A stretch of DNA of 64,000 nt from an uncultured delta proteobacterium (GTDB lineage: Bacteria > Desulfobacterota > RBG-13-43-22): positions 224,001 to 288,000 of the forward strand of contig CAWJJC010000028.1 of the NCBI GenBank assembly GCA_963843145.1, read 5' to 3'. The notes under the pieces were generated by a model that worked only from the letters and a program-made list of their open reading frames with translations, did no database searches and was not told the origin of the DNA. The position numbers and the translations under genes are program-made. Positions 1 to 9,436 of this stretch are shown here, in pieces. How positions within the stretch are numbered: position 1 is the first letter of the stretch; every line of letters starts with the position of its first letter.

Positions 1-318
1 TTCGGCCAGGGTCCTCCCGGTAATGTATTCCATGCAGATGTACTGGAATTCATCGGTCTCCCCGTAGGAATGGATGGTGACGATATTGGGATGGGAAAGG
101 CGGCCGGCAGCCTGGGCCTCCTGAATCAGCCTTTTGCGGGCTTCCACCATGGCCGGCGTGGTAAATTCCACCTTCTTGGATATCAGTTTTAGAGCCACGA
201 CCCGGTTTAAAATGGTGTCTTTGGCCTTATAGACCATGCCCATTGCCCCCTGGCCGATAAACTCTTCCAGGCGAAATTGATCGATTTCTTTTCCAATGAG
301 GTTGCCGGGGTTGAACAT
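1..318 (-). CDS. Hanks-type Ser/Thr protein kinase, N-terminal part (runs off the window edge)
   Basis: My translation of the minus strand from ATG at 318: MFNPGNLIGKEIDQFRLEEFIGQGAMGMVYKAKDTILNRVVALKLI...EAQAAGRLSHPNIVTIHSYG...CMEYITG. It has the Gly-rich loop GQGAMG, the VALK lysine and the HPNIV motif. Not in the supplied ORF track. Confidence 0.92.
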   Translation of the reverse strand, partial: MFNPGNLIGKEIDQFRLEEFIGQGAMGMVYKAKDTILNRVVALKLISKKVEFTTPAMVEARKRLIQEAQAAGRLSHPNIVTIHSYGETDEFQYICMEYITGRTLAE

Positions 319-342
319 AGGTAAAAAGGCTCCTTACGGGTC

Positions 343-3300
343 TTAAGAGAATAACACCTTGTGGGCCGCTAAAACTCGGTTATTAACATCCAGTATTTCC
401 AGTATCAGGGACATCGGTTGATTAGGCGTTGTCAGTTGAATATAGCCGCTGAAAAATCCCCGGTTGTCCAATGGTGAAGTAAATTGGGGCTGAGCCGGTT
501 CGTTTTCCAGGTAAGCCCTGACCTGTTTGCCGTCCGGAGTCCCCTGGGACTGCCCGTAGAGGACCAGCCGGTATTTTCCCGTGGCGGGATTCAATTGCGC
601 CGAGCGGAGCCAGTCAACGGAAGCCGGGCTGGTCAGGCCCACGTTCGTGGCGCCCTGGACGTTGGGGATGGTCAATAAAAGTTGCCCTCCGGCGGCCGAG
701 GGGCTTGGTTTTTGGGGTTGGCCGGCCGGAGAAGCCAAAGCGGCGGCCGGGCTGGGGGACTCCGGGGCAGCGCCGGTGGCCCCGGTAAAAATAAACACAT
801 AGCCAATAAAGAAAAGGAGCAAGACCAGCAAGTGGGGGAGGACGCGGGCAAAGATATTCTTTTCCGACATTCTTCGGGCGATCATAAAGAGGGCGATCAG
901 GGAGCCCAGCATTCCCCCGCTGATCATCATGAATTTCAAAAAAGTAATAATGGAATGGTGAATAAAGGGAGAAAGGGTTGGCTCCTGACTGCCGATCGGA
1001 ATCCCGGCTGTCAGGTAATTATATAATTTACCGATGTATTTTAAGAATTCATAGACCCCCGAGCTGAGAAATTCATGGGCCACGTGGGAAAGGTGCCCGG
1101 CTAGAGCCAGCGGAATAAAGGCCATCCCGTAATGGGCCATGTTTTCCGATACTTTTTCTTGAGAAGCCGCGGCCGAAAGAGTGGAACTTAAGGCAAAGGG
1201 GATGAAGGCCATCAGGACAAAAGAAGAATAGAGCACCGTGTGGGTGACCCATTCGGCCCAGCCCAGCGAACCTTCGATGTTCAGCCAGAAAGTGAGTTTG
1301 GGAAATTGATGCCGGGCCATCAACCCGACCAAAATCACGCCGAAGAGGGATAAACTGAGGACAGGCTGGGATTGACGCCAGAGTTCCTGCAAGGGCGGAC
1401 GGAGGTTGATTTGAACCCCTCGGTTATCGCAGCTCTTGAGGCAGTTCAGGCACATCATGCATTCCGTGCTGGATGATATCGAGGCCGGGTAGGAAAACAT
1501 GGGACAACCCGGGGCCTGTTCTGTCCCCTTGTAACAGAGGTGCTGACCGCATTGGGTCTGGCAGACCTTCTTATTGCCCCGGACTTCGAACAGACTCATC
1601 GTGGAGTAGGTCCCCAGCATCCCGGCCAGCGGGCAGAGGTAACGACAAAAAGTTTTCCGTTCAAAGAGGACACAAAAGAGTACGGAGAAGCCCACGATGA
1701 TGACTAACAGCAGCCCGGTAGCCAAGGGTTTATCCGCCACCCCGAATAATTCTTCGGAATAATCAAGGACCATAAAGGAAATCACGACAACCCAGAAATC
1801 CATCCGTTTAAGAATTTTGGGTACCGGCAGGTTGAATTTTTTCACCCGGGAGACCAGCTCGCCAATACCGGCGATGGGGCAGGCGGTGCACCACACCCGG
1901 CCGAACAAAAAAGCCGAGATGGGCAGGATAGGAAACCAGACCAGCCAGGTGATCAGCATCCCCGGGTTGTTGCCGAAATCGTTCAGGGGGTGGCCCTCCG
2001 GACGGGAGCCGCCAAACAGGGTGAACCCGGCCATGACCACCACCATAAAAATATTGAACCAGATAAAGACCTTGGGGATTAAGGGATGACGCAGGAAATT
2101 TCGGATCCGGTCATTGCGAACCAGGTTGATCTTGTGGATTTCCTTTTCCGAAGGGACGACAAAAATCAAGTCTCCGGGTATGATCATATCCTCGGAAGAA
2201 ACGATCGCCGCCCGTTGAATCACATTCTCCAATTCCTTGATGTTCCCGGGCCAGGTATAGGAAACCAATCTTTCCGTGGCCTCCCGGGATAACCCGCTGG
2301 TTCGTTTCCCGTCCTTTTTGGAAAAAAAGTTTAGATAGTGATTGGCTAAGAGGGGGATATCCTTCAATCGCTGAATCAGGGGCGGCAGAACGACGATTCG
2401 ATCCTTGAGCAGTTCCCTCAGTTCGGGGATGAATTTGTCTGACACCTCCGCTTCCGTCCCGGTGGCTAAGAGAATGACTTTGGTCTGGGCCTTGACGCTG
2501 GCCTGGCCGTAGACCCGGTGAAACCAGCCATACTTGAGATAGGTGACCAGTATGCTCTGCTGGTGGGCGTCCAGTTGCTCGGCGTGGGCGATGGCCAGGG
2601 TGCCGCTCTCGATCATCTCCAGGTAGCCGACCTGCCCCTTCATGTGGGTGGCTTCCGGGTCGGGCTCGATGCCGAAGATAGCCGCCCCCACGGTGCTTTC
2701 CTCCAGGTCGGCTAAGGATATTTCCACATAGGGATAATCCGGATGGCCGCCCATTTTATGGAAATAGCGGGCCATGGTTTTTTTGCCGGTCCCGGAAGGC
2801 CCGATGATCAGAGCGGTCTTGCCCTCCTTGGCCAGTTTTTCGATTTTATTCCTGGCTTCCTTGATCTTGCGGTCTTCCCCGATGATCTGGACATCGGTGG
2901 AGGTGATGATGTGCCGTAAGTTGTCCTGGCGTTTACCCTCCTGGTCCGATTCGGACTGGGCCGTGCGCAGTTTCTTGAGGACCATCCGATAAAAAGCCTG
3001 GTTGAGCTCCGGCTTTTTTTGGAGTAATTCATTCAACCGCTCTTTCCGAAGCTCCAAAAGGTAGAGGTCCACGCTGGCGATCATGGAGAAATTACCCGTT
3101 TCCCCGGCCAGCAGCGCCCGTTCACCAAAAAAATCTCCCGGTCCCAGACGGTCAATATTCCGTTCCCCTCCCTCCTCATTTACTTCCACGATCCGGATTT
3201 CTCCGGAATAGAGGAAATACATGCTTTCAACCAGGGTGTTCTGGGCCAGGACGACGGCATTTTTCGGAAAAAAGCGAACTACCAGGTTTTGGGCCAATAA

Positions 3301-3906
3301 AATCTTGGTTTCCTGGTCCAGCCAGTTTAACAGGTCGCTTTTATTGATAAAAGATACCTTGTCCCCTAAGGAAATTTCGGGTTCCTTCTGGGTGAAGAGC
3401 AGGACGGAGTCCCCTAAGGTAATGCGATCGCCGGATTTGAGCAGCATTTTATGAATGAGCTGATCGTTGACCTGCACCCCGTTGGTTGAGTTCAGGTCCT
3501 CAACGACATAATACCCATCTTCAAAATGTATCTCGGCGTGGGAACGGGAAACTTTTTCATCGTCCAGGACCAGGGCGTTGTAATTGGATCGGCCGATGGT
3601 TAATTTTTCCTGGCCCAGATTAAAAACCTTCTCGTTGGCCAATCCGCTAACTACTTCTATGGTGGGTTGGATGACATCTTCTTTTTTAAAGGCCGTAAAC
3701 GGTTTAAAGGCTACCGTGGCCATTCCGTCATCCAGGAGGGGTTTGGGGAGGCCTTCCGGAAAACTATCGGACCCTTTCCCCTGGCCGGCACCCGGGGAGA
3801 AGAGTTGGGTCTGGTCTCCCAGGGGTTTGGGTAAAGAGGGCTGGCGGTGACCTTCTCCCTCCGCGTTACGCCGGGAGGTTTGGTCAAATGGTTCCTGGTC
3901 CTTCAT
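343..3906 (-). CDS. Multidomain membrane protein: FHA + cNMP-binding + degenerate sigma54-type AAA+ + NapH/RdxA-like 4Fe-4S membrane domain + C-terminal extracytoplasmic domain
   Basis: FHA (IGRS...VSRSHA...DLNSTNG), cNMP domain (GDFFGERALL), GPSGTGK and WPGNIKELENVIQRA, Cys motifs WCTACP, FCRYLCP and CMMCLNCLKSC among many TM helices. Start at ATG 3906 (MKDQEP) preferred over 3927. Confidence 0.85.
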   Translation of the reverse strand: MKDQEPFDQTSRRNAEGEGHRQPSLPKPLGDQTQLFSPGAGQGKGSDSFPEGLPKPLLDDGMATVAFKPFTAFKKEDVIQPTIEVVSGLANEKVFNLGQEKLTIGRSNYNALVLDDEKVSRSHAEIHFEDGYYVVEDLNSTNGVQVNDQLIHKMLLKSGDRITLGDSVLLFTQKEPEISLGDKVSFINKSDLLNWLDQETKILLAQNLVVRFFPKNAVVLAQNTLVESMYFLYSGEIRIVEVNEEGGERNIDRLGPGDFFGERALLAGETGNFSMIASVDLYLLELRKERLNELLQKKPELNQAFYRMVLKKLRTAQSESDQEGKRQDNLRHIITSTDVQIIGEDRKIKEARNKIEKLAKEGKTALIIGPSGTGKKTMARYFHKMGGHPDYPYVEISLADLEESTVGAAIFGIEPDPEATHMKGQVGYLEMIESGTLAIAHAEQLDAHQQSILVTYLKYGWFHRVYGQASVKAQTKVILLATGTEAEVSDKFIPELRELLKDRIVVLPPLIQRLKDIPLLANHYLNFFSKKDGKRTSGLSREATERLVSYTWPGNIKELENVIQRAAIVSSEDMIIPGDLIFVVPSEKEIHKINLVRNDRIRNFLRHPLIPKVFIWFNIFMVVVMAGFTLFGGSRPEGHPLNDFGNNPGMLITWLVWFPILPISAFLFGRVWCTACPIAGIGELVSRVKKFNLPVPKILKRMDFWVVVISFMVLDYSEELFGVADKPLATGLLLVIIVGFSVLFCVLFERKTFCRYLCPLAGMLGTYSTMSLFEVRGNKKVCQTQCGQHLCYKGTEQAPGCPMFSYPASISSSTECMMCLNCLKSCDNRGVQINLRPPLQELWRQSQPVLSLSLFGVILVGLMARHQFPKLTFWLNIEGSLGWAEWVTHTVLYSSFVLMAFIPFALSSTLSAAASQEKVSENMAHYGMAFIPLALAGHLSHVAHEFLSSGVYEFLKYIGKLYNYLTAGIPIGSQEPTLSPFIHHSIITFLKFMMISGGMLGSLIALFMIARRMSEKNIFARVLPHLLVLLLFFIGYVFIFTGATGAAPESPSPAAALASPAGQPQKPSPSAAGGQLLLTIPNVQGATNVGLTSPASVDWLRSAQLNPATGKYRLVLYGQSQGTPDGKQVRAYLENEPAQPQFTSPLDNRGFFSGYIQLTTPNQPMSLILEILDVNNRVLAAHKVLFS

Positions 3907-3963
3907 AAAGATGATTCCTGTCCTCAAGAAAAATGGTGAAAAAAGGGTCCTGCCAGGTTCAGA

Positions 3964-4003
3964 TGGGGGGATCTCCTGCCTGGTACCGGCGGAGATCCCC
4001 CCA
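3964..4003 (-). terminator. 13-bp GC-rich stem-loop between the lipoprotein gene and the FHA-cNMP gene
   Basis: TGGGGGGATCTCC (3964-3976) pairs perfectly with GGAGATCCCCCCA (3991-4003). Terminator or mRNA-stabilising hairpin. Confidence 0.55.
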
Positions 4004-4019
4004 GGGATGGACTCCGCGG

Positions 4020-4409
4020 CTAATGCATTTCCACTGCCGTTACCTGATTATTCTGAAATTTTACTTCCACCTTTTGCGGTGTATAATATTTATATTCGGT
4101 GATCGCGCCTTTTTGCTTTATTTCGGCCGGGTTGCCCATGATCTGTTTGACCTGGTCTATGGTCATACCGGTTTGCACCTGGGATATGTTGGGCGCCGGG
4201 GCTCCAGGCTGGGCCGCCGGGGCTGCTCCTGGTGTTGTGCCGGCCGGTGCCGCCGGTGCTGGTGCCGCCGGTGCCGGGGCCGCCGCTTGCGGCGGTGGCG
4301 GAGGGGCCTGTTCACGGCTACAGCCGACCCCTAACATCAAGGCCGAAACAAAGACAAATAAACCCATCCAGACTGCCAACCTACGCGTTTCTTTTTTTCC
4401 CATTCCCAT
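4020..4409 (-). CDS. Pro/Ala-rich lipoprotein with SmpA/OmlA (BamE)-like C-terminal domain
   Basis: SD AAGGAG before ATG 4409/4403, signal peptide with lipobox LGVGC, PAAPA linker, then QVQTGMTIDQVKQIMGNP. Confidence 0.7.
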   Translation of the reverse strand: MGMGKKETRRLAVWMGLFVFVSALMLGVGCSREQAPPPPPQAAAPAPAAPAPAAPAGTTPGAAPAAQPGAPAPNISQVQTGMTIDQVKQIMGNPAEIKQKGAITEYKYYTPQKVEVKFQNNQVTAVEMH

Positions 4410-4597
4410 TCTCCTTTTTTGCGATTCGCTTTTCAGGTAACTAGCTGATTTTTGGATCTTCAAGCCTAATCCTTTTAAGTATATAAGAAAAGTATATAAT
4501 TTCAATAAAATTATTATAAAAACCCCGGTCTTTACTGTTGACAAGCAGGCCCCTTCGTGGAACAAAAAAGATGGATTTTTTGTGGGCAGTTCTATAG

Positions 4598-4736
4598 GGT
4601 CTCAAGATAGTACCAAGATCGAAGGGCGTCATTCCCGCGGTGCTTCTGGGCGGGAATCCGGTTTTTCCCAGGAAACGCTGGATCCCCGATTAAAGCCTTC
4701 GGGGATGACGAGCAATTATAGGTCAATAAAATAAAG
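4598..4736 (+). repeat. MITE/REP-like palindromic element (GTCATTCCCGCG...GCGGGAATCC...CTGGATCCCCG...CGGGGATGAC)
   Basis: Two internal hairpins. Aligns by eye over most of its length with the reverse complement of 43522-43674. Confidence 0.8.
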
Positions 4737-4752
4737 GAAAAATTTTCGCCCT

Positions 4753-5658
4753 ATGCCTTCCAGGCAGATTCACTTCTTCCAGCCCGCATTCAGGACCTAT
4801 GAGCCGGGATTTTTTTCGGAGACCGTCTCCTGCGGTACCACCGCGCTGTCCATAACCGGGACGGAATGCCGGCTGCTTTGTAAACATTGCGGGGGAAGGG
4901 TCCTGCGCAATATGAAAGCGGCCGTCACTCCCCCGGACCTTCGCCGGGAGGCCGAGAGGGTATTTCAGAGGGGAGGACGCAGTCTATTAATCAGCGGCGG
5001 TTCCGGGGAGGAGGGGGGCGTGCCCCTGGCCCCTTTTCTTCCCACCCTGAAAGAAATCCGATCCGAATGGGGATTGAAGGTCTTGGTCCACACCGGATTG
5101 GTGTCTTCTGCTCTGGCGGACGGCTTGGCCGAGGCCGGCATTGAGGCCGCTTTGTTGGATATAATCGGCCATGAAGATACCATCCGTCAGGTTTACCATC
5201 TGCGGGCAGCGGTCAGGGATTACGAGGAGTCCTTGAAGCGACTGACTGAAAGGGCCATTCCCACGGCGCCGCACGTCATCATGGGGCTTCATTTCGGTCA
5301 GCTTAAAGGCGAAATACGGGCCTTGGAAATCATCGCCCGCTATCCGGTCCAGGCCGTGGTTCTGGTGGGACTCCGGCCGCTTCCCCGGACGGCCATGGCC
5401 GGGGTCAAGCCTCCCGATCCCGAAACGCTGGGGGAGTTCTTTGCCCGGGCCCGGAAAATGTTTCCCCGAACTCCGGTGGTCTTAGGCTGCGAAAGACCCC
5501 TCGGCCGTCATCGGCAGCAGACCGATATCCTGGCCGTAACCTTGGGGCTGGACGGCATTGCTTTCCCCAGCGAGCAGGCTTTGATTTTGGCCCGGGAGCA
5601 GGGCCTGGAAATACGGACCTCGCCGGAATGTTGTGCCTTGATTCAATCCTTCCGATGA
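4753..5658 (+). CDS. lipS1: Radical SAM lipoyl synthase subunit LipS1-like
   Basis: CRLLCKHC radical SAM motif, C-terminal GCER and CC motifs of the LipS1 type, next to a lipoate ligase. Confidence 0.75.
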   Translation: MPSRQIHFFQPAFRTYEPGFFSETVSCGTTALSITGTECRLLCKHCGGRVLRNMKAAVTPPDLRREAERVFQRGGRSLLISGGSGEEGGVPLAPFLPTLKEIRSEWGLKVLVHTGLVSSALADGLAEAGIEAALLDIIGHEDTIRQVYHLRAAVRDYEESLKRLTERAIPTAPHVIMGLHFGQLKGEIRALEIIARYPVQAVVLVGLRPLPRTAMAGVKPPDPETLGEFFARARKMFPRTPVVLGCERPLGRHRQQTDILAVTLGLDGIAFPSEQALILAREQGLEIRTSPECCALIQSFR

Positions 5659-7268
5659 CCTGGCGAGTGATCGACACCGGATTATTGAGCGCGGCGGAGA
5701 ACCTGGCCTGGGATGAAGCCCTGTTGACGGCTCGCTGCCGGGAAATTATACCAAACACCCTGCGCTATTTACGATTTACTCCTCCAGTGGCGCTGGTCGG
5801 CTATCACCAGTCCGTTCCGGAGGAGATCCGGACCGACTACTGCCAAGCCAGCGGTATCCAGATCAACCGGCGGGTTACCGGGGGAGGGGCGATTTATTTC
5901 GATGAAGGCCAGTTGGGCTGGGAGTTGATCTGCTCCCGGGAGGCACTGCCCGGCGGGTCGGATCTGGCCGGAATCACGCGGGCGATCTGTCAGGCGGTTG
6001 CCCAGGGATTGCAGACCCTGGGCCTGAAGGCCGAGTTCCGGCCCAGGAACGATATCGAAGTGGATGGCCGCAAGATTTCCGGGACCGGTGCCGTCCTGGA
6101 GGGAAACAGCCTTCTTTTTCAGGGAACCCTGCTGATCGACTTCAATCTGGAACACCTGATCAAGGCCCTGCGGATCCCGACGGAAAAACTGAATGCCCGC
6201 GAATTATCCTCGGCCCAAGAGCGGGTGACCAGTCTGAAGGAACAATTGGGGTTTGTCCCTTCGTTGGAAACGGTCAAAACGGCGATCGAGAGGGGGCTTC
6301 AGGAACACCTGGGCCTCCGGACGGTCCCCGGCGTCCTGGGGCCGGAGGAATGGGCCCTTTTCCGCCGACTGCTCCCCCGCCGGCAATCGAGCGAGTGGAT
6401 CGAGGGGGGACGAATTCCCCTCCGACCGCAGGATATCCTGCGGTCTATTCACAAGGAGGAGGGGGGGCTCATCCGGACGGCGGTCAAGGTGGACCGGAAG
6501 CGAGGGAGGATTGCCGATATCTTGATCACCGGCGACTTTTTTATCCATCCGCGGCGGGCCGTTTATGATCTGGAAAGGTTCCTCAAGGATCGGCCGATCC
6601 AAAATCTGCCGGAGATCCTGGAGGATTTTTTCAGGGATCGCCGGGTGGAACTTTTTGGCCTTGCTCCCCGGGATTTCATAAAATCCGTTACCCTGGCCTT
6701 GGATAAATGTTCCTATCCTGACTTCGGGTTCACCCTGGAGGAGGCGGATCACCTGACCACGTTTCACGGGACCCTGGAGGGGATCCTCTCCGGCAGCGAT
6801 CTGCTCTTGCTGCCCTACTGCGCCAAACAACCGGACTGTGAGTACCGTTTTCGAGAGGGATGCGAGCAATGCGGGGCCTGTACCATCGGCGAAGCCTATG
6901 CCCTGGCCGGGGAACAGGGTTTGACGGTCAAGACCATCCAGAATTACGAGCATCTGGTGGATGAACTTACTCAGGAGAAAAAAATCGGGACCCGGGGGTA
7001 TATCGGCTGCTGTTGCGACGCCTTCCAACTAAAAAGGCAGGAGGCCTTTAAAAAGGCCGGGTTGCCGGGGTTGCTGCTGGACATCGAGAACACTACCTGT
7101 TACGAACTGAAACAGGAAGATCAGGCCTACCGAGGCTCCTTCGAAACCCAGACTCATCTGCGGCTGGACTTGCTGAAGAAAGTGCTGGACGCCCGGAAAA
7201 AATTCTGGACGGCCCCAGGAGCGGGGCTCGGGAGGAGGGCCGGAAATGGACGATCTGCGAACCTGTGA
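5655..7268 (+). CDS. Lipoate-protein ligase (LplA catalytic plus C-terminal domain) fused to a Cys-rich DUF116-like domain
   Basis: RRVTGGGAIYFD, NDIEVDGRKISGTG, ITGDFF; C-terminal LPYCAK...CEQCGACTIG...GCCC. Start overlaps the lipS1 stop (ATGA). Confidence 0.85.
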   Translation: MTWRVIDTGLLSAAENLAWDEALLTARCREIIPNTLRYLRFTPPVALVGYHQSVPEEIRTDYCQASGIQINRRVTGGGAIYFDEGQLGWELICSREALPGGSDLAGITRAICQAVAQGLQTLGLKAEFRPRNDIEVDGRKISGTGAVLEGNSLLFQGTLLIDFNLEHLIKALRIPTEKLNARELSSAQERVTSLKEQLGFVPSLETVKTAIERGLQEHLGLRTVPGVLGPEEWALFRRLLPRRQSSEWIEGGRIPLRPQDILRSIHKEEGGLIRTAVKVDRKRGRIADILITGDFFIHPRRAVYDLERFLKDRPIQNLPEILEDFFRDRRVELFGLAPRDFIKSVTLALDKCSYPDFGFTLEEADHLTTFHGTLEGILSGSDLLLLPYCAKQPDCEYRFREGCEQCGACTIGEAYALAGEQGLTVKTIQNYEHLVDELTQEKKIGTRGYIGCCCDAFQLKRQEAFKKAGLPGLLLDIENTTCYELKQEDQAYRGSFETQTHLRLDLLKKVLDARKKFWTAPGAGLGRRAGNGRSANL

Positions 7269-8310
7269 CGTACTGGTGGTCGGCGCCGGCCCGGCCGGAA
7301 GCGTCGCGGCCCGAACGGCTGCTCGCCGAGGGGTTTCGGTGCTGCTGGCGGAGCGCCGCCGCCGGGTGGGGGTCCCGGTCCGCTGCGCCGAATTCGTGCC
7401 GCTGCCGGTCAGTAAGCACCTCGATTTGTCCAACCGGGACATTACGGTTCAGCCGGTGAGGGCCATGCGCACCTTTCTGCCCGGCGCGGACCCGAAAGAG
7501 AACCTTTTCCCCGGAGTCATCATCCGGCGGGAGCGGTTCGATCAGGAACTGGCTCGGCTGGCGGTGGAGGCCGGGGTCGTCCTGGTAACCGGGCTTCAAG
7601 TCTATCGGAGTACTCCGGAGGGGATCCGGGCCTGGGACGGGCACCGGGAAGTCGCCATCCGTTCCCGGGTGATTGTGGGGGCCGACGGCCCCTGCTCCCA
7701 GGTGGCCCGCTGGATGGGGCAAACCCCCGGACCTTTTCTGGTCGCCGCCCAGGTTTCCCTGAAATTGTCAAGACCCCTGGATCATACCCGGATTTATTTT
7801 CACCCGGAAATTTCGGGGGGGTACGGCTGGGTTTTCCCCAAGGGGGACCGGGCCAATCTGGGAGTGGGCCTGGACGCGGGACAGTCCAGAAATTTAAGAA
7901 TCACGCTGGACGGGTTTAAACGGGAGCGGATGGAAGAAGGCCTGGTGGAAGCGGCCGAAAAGCCGGCCGGCGGAGGCCTGGTGCCGGTGGGCGGCTTGAA
8001 GGGCCTCTGGCTGGAAAACCTGATTTTGGCCGGGGATGCCGCCGGGACCTGTCATCCCATCAGCGGTGCCGGGGTAGGAAACGCCCTAATCTCCGGAGAG
8101 CTGGCCGGGGAAGCGGCCGCGGCGGCCGTCCTCCAGGGCACCTCCGGTCCCTTGGCCGGCTACCGGGATGAACTGCATGACCTGCTGGGGCCTTCTCTGG
8201 CCCGGGCGGCCGCCAAAAGAAAAAAGATGATCCGGCATTGGAAGCGAATGGATTTTGCCGAATTGATCAAAGAAAATTGGATCGCCTTCAAAGAATACTA
8301 CCGGTCCTAA
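7246..8310 (+). CDS. Geranylgeranyl reductase-family FAD-dependent oxidoreductase (LipT-like)
   Basis: DVLVVGAGPAGS, VGADG, YGWVFPKG, LAGDAAG...PISGAG; lies inside the lipS1/lipS2 cluster. Confidence 0.85.
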   Translation: MDDLRTCDVLVVGAGPAGSVAARTAARRGVSVLLAERRRRVGVPVRCAEFVPLPVSKHLDLSNRDITVQPVRAMRTFLPGADPKENLFPGVIIRRERFDQELARLAVEAGVVLVTGLQVYRSTPEGIRAWDGHREVAIRSRVIVGADGPCSQVARWMGQTPGPFLVAAQVSLKLSRPLDHTRIYFHPEISGGYGWVFPKGDRANLGVGLDAGQSRNLRITLDGFKRERMEEGLVEAAEKPAGGGLVPVGGLKGLWLENLILAGDAAGTCHPISGAGVGNALISGELAGEAAAAAVLQGTSGPLAGYRDELHDLLGPSLARAAAKRKKMIRHWKRMDFAELIKENWIAFKEYYRS

Positions 8311-8368
8311 ATGTCTGTTGCTTTAACTTGGTAACAATTTTATTTACCTAGCAAGGAGCTATTATCTA

Positions 8369-9435
8369 ATGTCAAATGAAAATCACCAGCCGGCACCGGC
8401 GGAGCCCGTGAGCAGTCCGGGAGCCCTTCAGTTGAGCCTGGCCGCGGCCATGACCCTGAATTTGAAGGAAGGGTTGTTTTTTCGAAACGCCCGGCTGTAT
8501 TGCCTGAACCTGCTGCTGACCTATCCCAGCGGCTGCCGGGGTAACTGCTCCTATTGCGGCCTCCAGAAATCCCGGGACGGCGTCTTTTCGGAAAAGAGCT
8601 TTATCCGCGTGAGCTGGCCCACCTACGATCTGGAAACCATCATTCGGAGAACCCTGGAGAACCGGCACAAGCTGCACCGGGTCTGCCTCTCCATGATCAC
8701 CCACCCCCGGGCCTTGGAAGACACCCTTTACTTGACCCGTCGCTTCCGGGAAGAAGTGGGGCTGCCCATTTCGGTTTTGATGAACCCGACCAGTATGAAA
8801 ACGGGGGATGTAGCCGCCTTGCGCCAGGCCGGGGCCCAGATGGCGGCCGTGGCCCTGGACTTGGCCGATGAGGCCCTCTTTGACCGGCACCGGGGATCCG
8901 GGGCCGGGGGGCCGCACCGGTTTGAGCACTATTGGTCGCTGCTGGCGACTACGGCCGAGGTTTTCGGAAAAAACAGGGCCGGCTGCCACCTGATCTGCGG
9001 GATGGGGGAACGCGAGGAGGACCTGATCCGTCGTATTCAGTCGGTGCGCGATCTGGGAGCCCGGACCCATCTTTTTTCCTTTTATCCGGAGAAAGGATCC
9101 CGGCTGGCGACGCTTCTCCTTGCGCCGTCGGGCCAGTACCGGCGGGTCCAGTTGGCCCGATTCCTGATCGATAACGATCTGGCGAGGGCCGAGGATATGC
9201 GTTTTGATGGGCAGGGCCAGGTCAGGATTTCGGTCTGGAGCAATACGCTGTGGAACGATGGATCCATTCGGGTCGGCCCTTTATGACCAGCGGCTGCCCG
9301 GGGGGGGGACTGGAAACCGCCTGCAACCGGCCCTTCGGGGACGGGCCGCCCAGCGACATCCGCAGTTATCCTTTTCCCCTGGAGCCGGAAGATGTAGCCC
9401 GAGTCAAGGACGAAATGAGTTGGGGAGTAAACTGA
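8369..9435 (+). pseudogene. lipS2: Radical SAM lipoyl synthase subunit LipS2-like, frameshifted near 9224
   Basis: CRGNCSYC motif in ORF 8369-9286. The LipS2 signature MTSGCPG...CNRP lies in another frame (9226-9435). Could be a sequencing error. Confidence 0.75.
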
Positions 9436-9436
9436 C

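Noticed and set aside
343-3906. Annotation as a sigma54 transcriptional activator
   Set aside because: GAFTGA, the Walker B acidic residues and the DNA-binding HTH are all absent.
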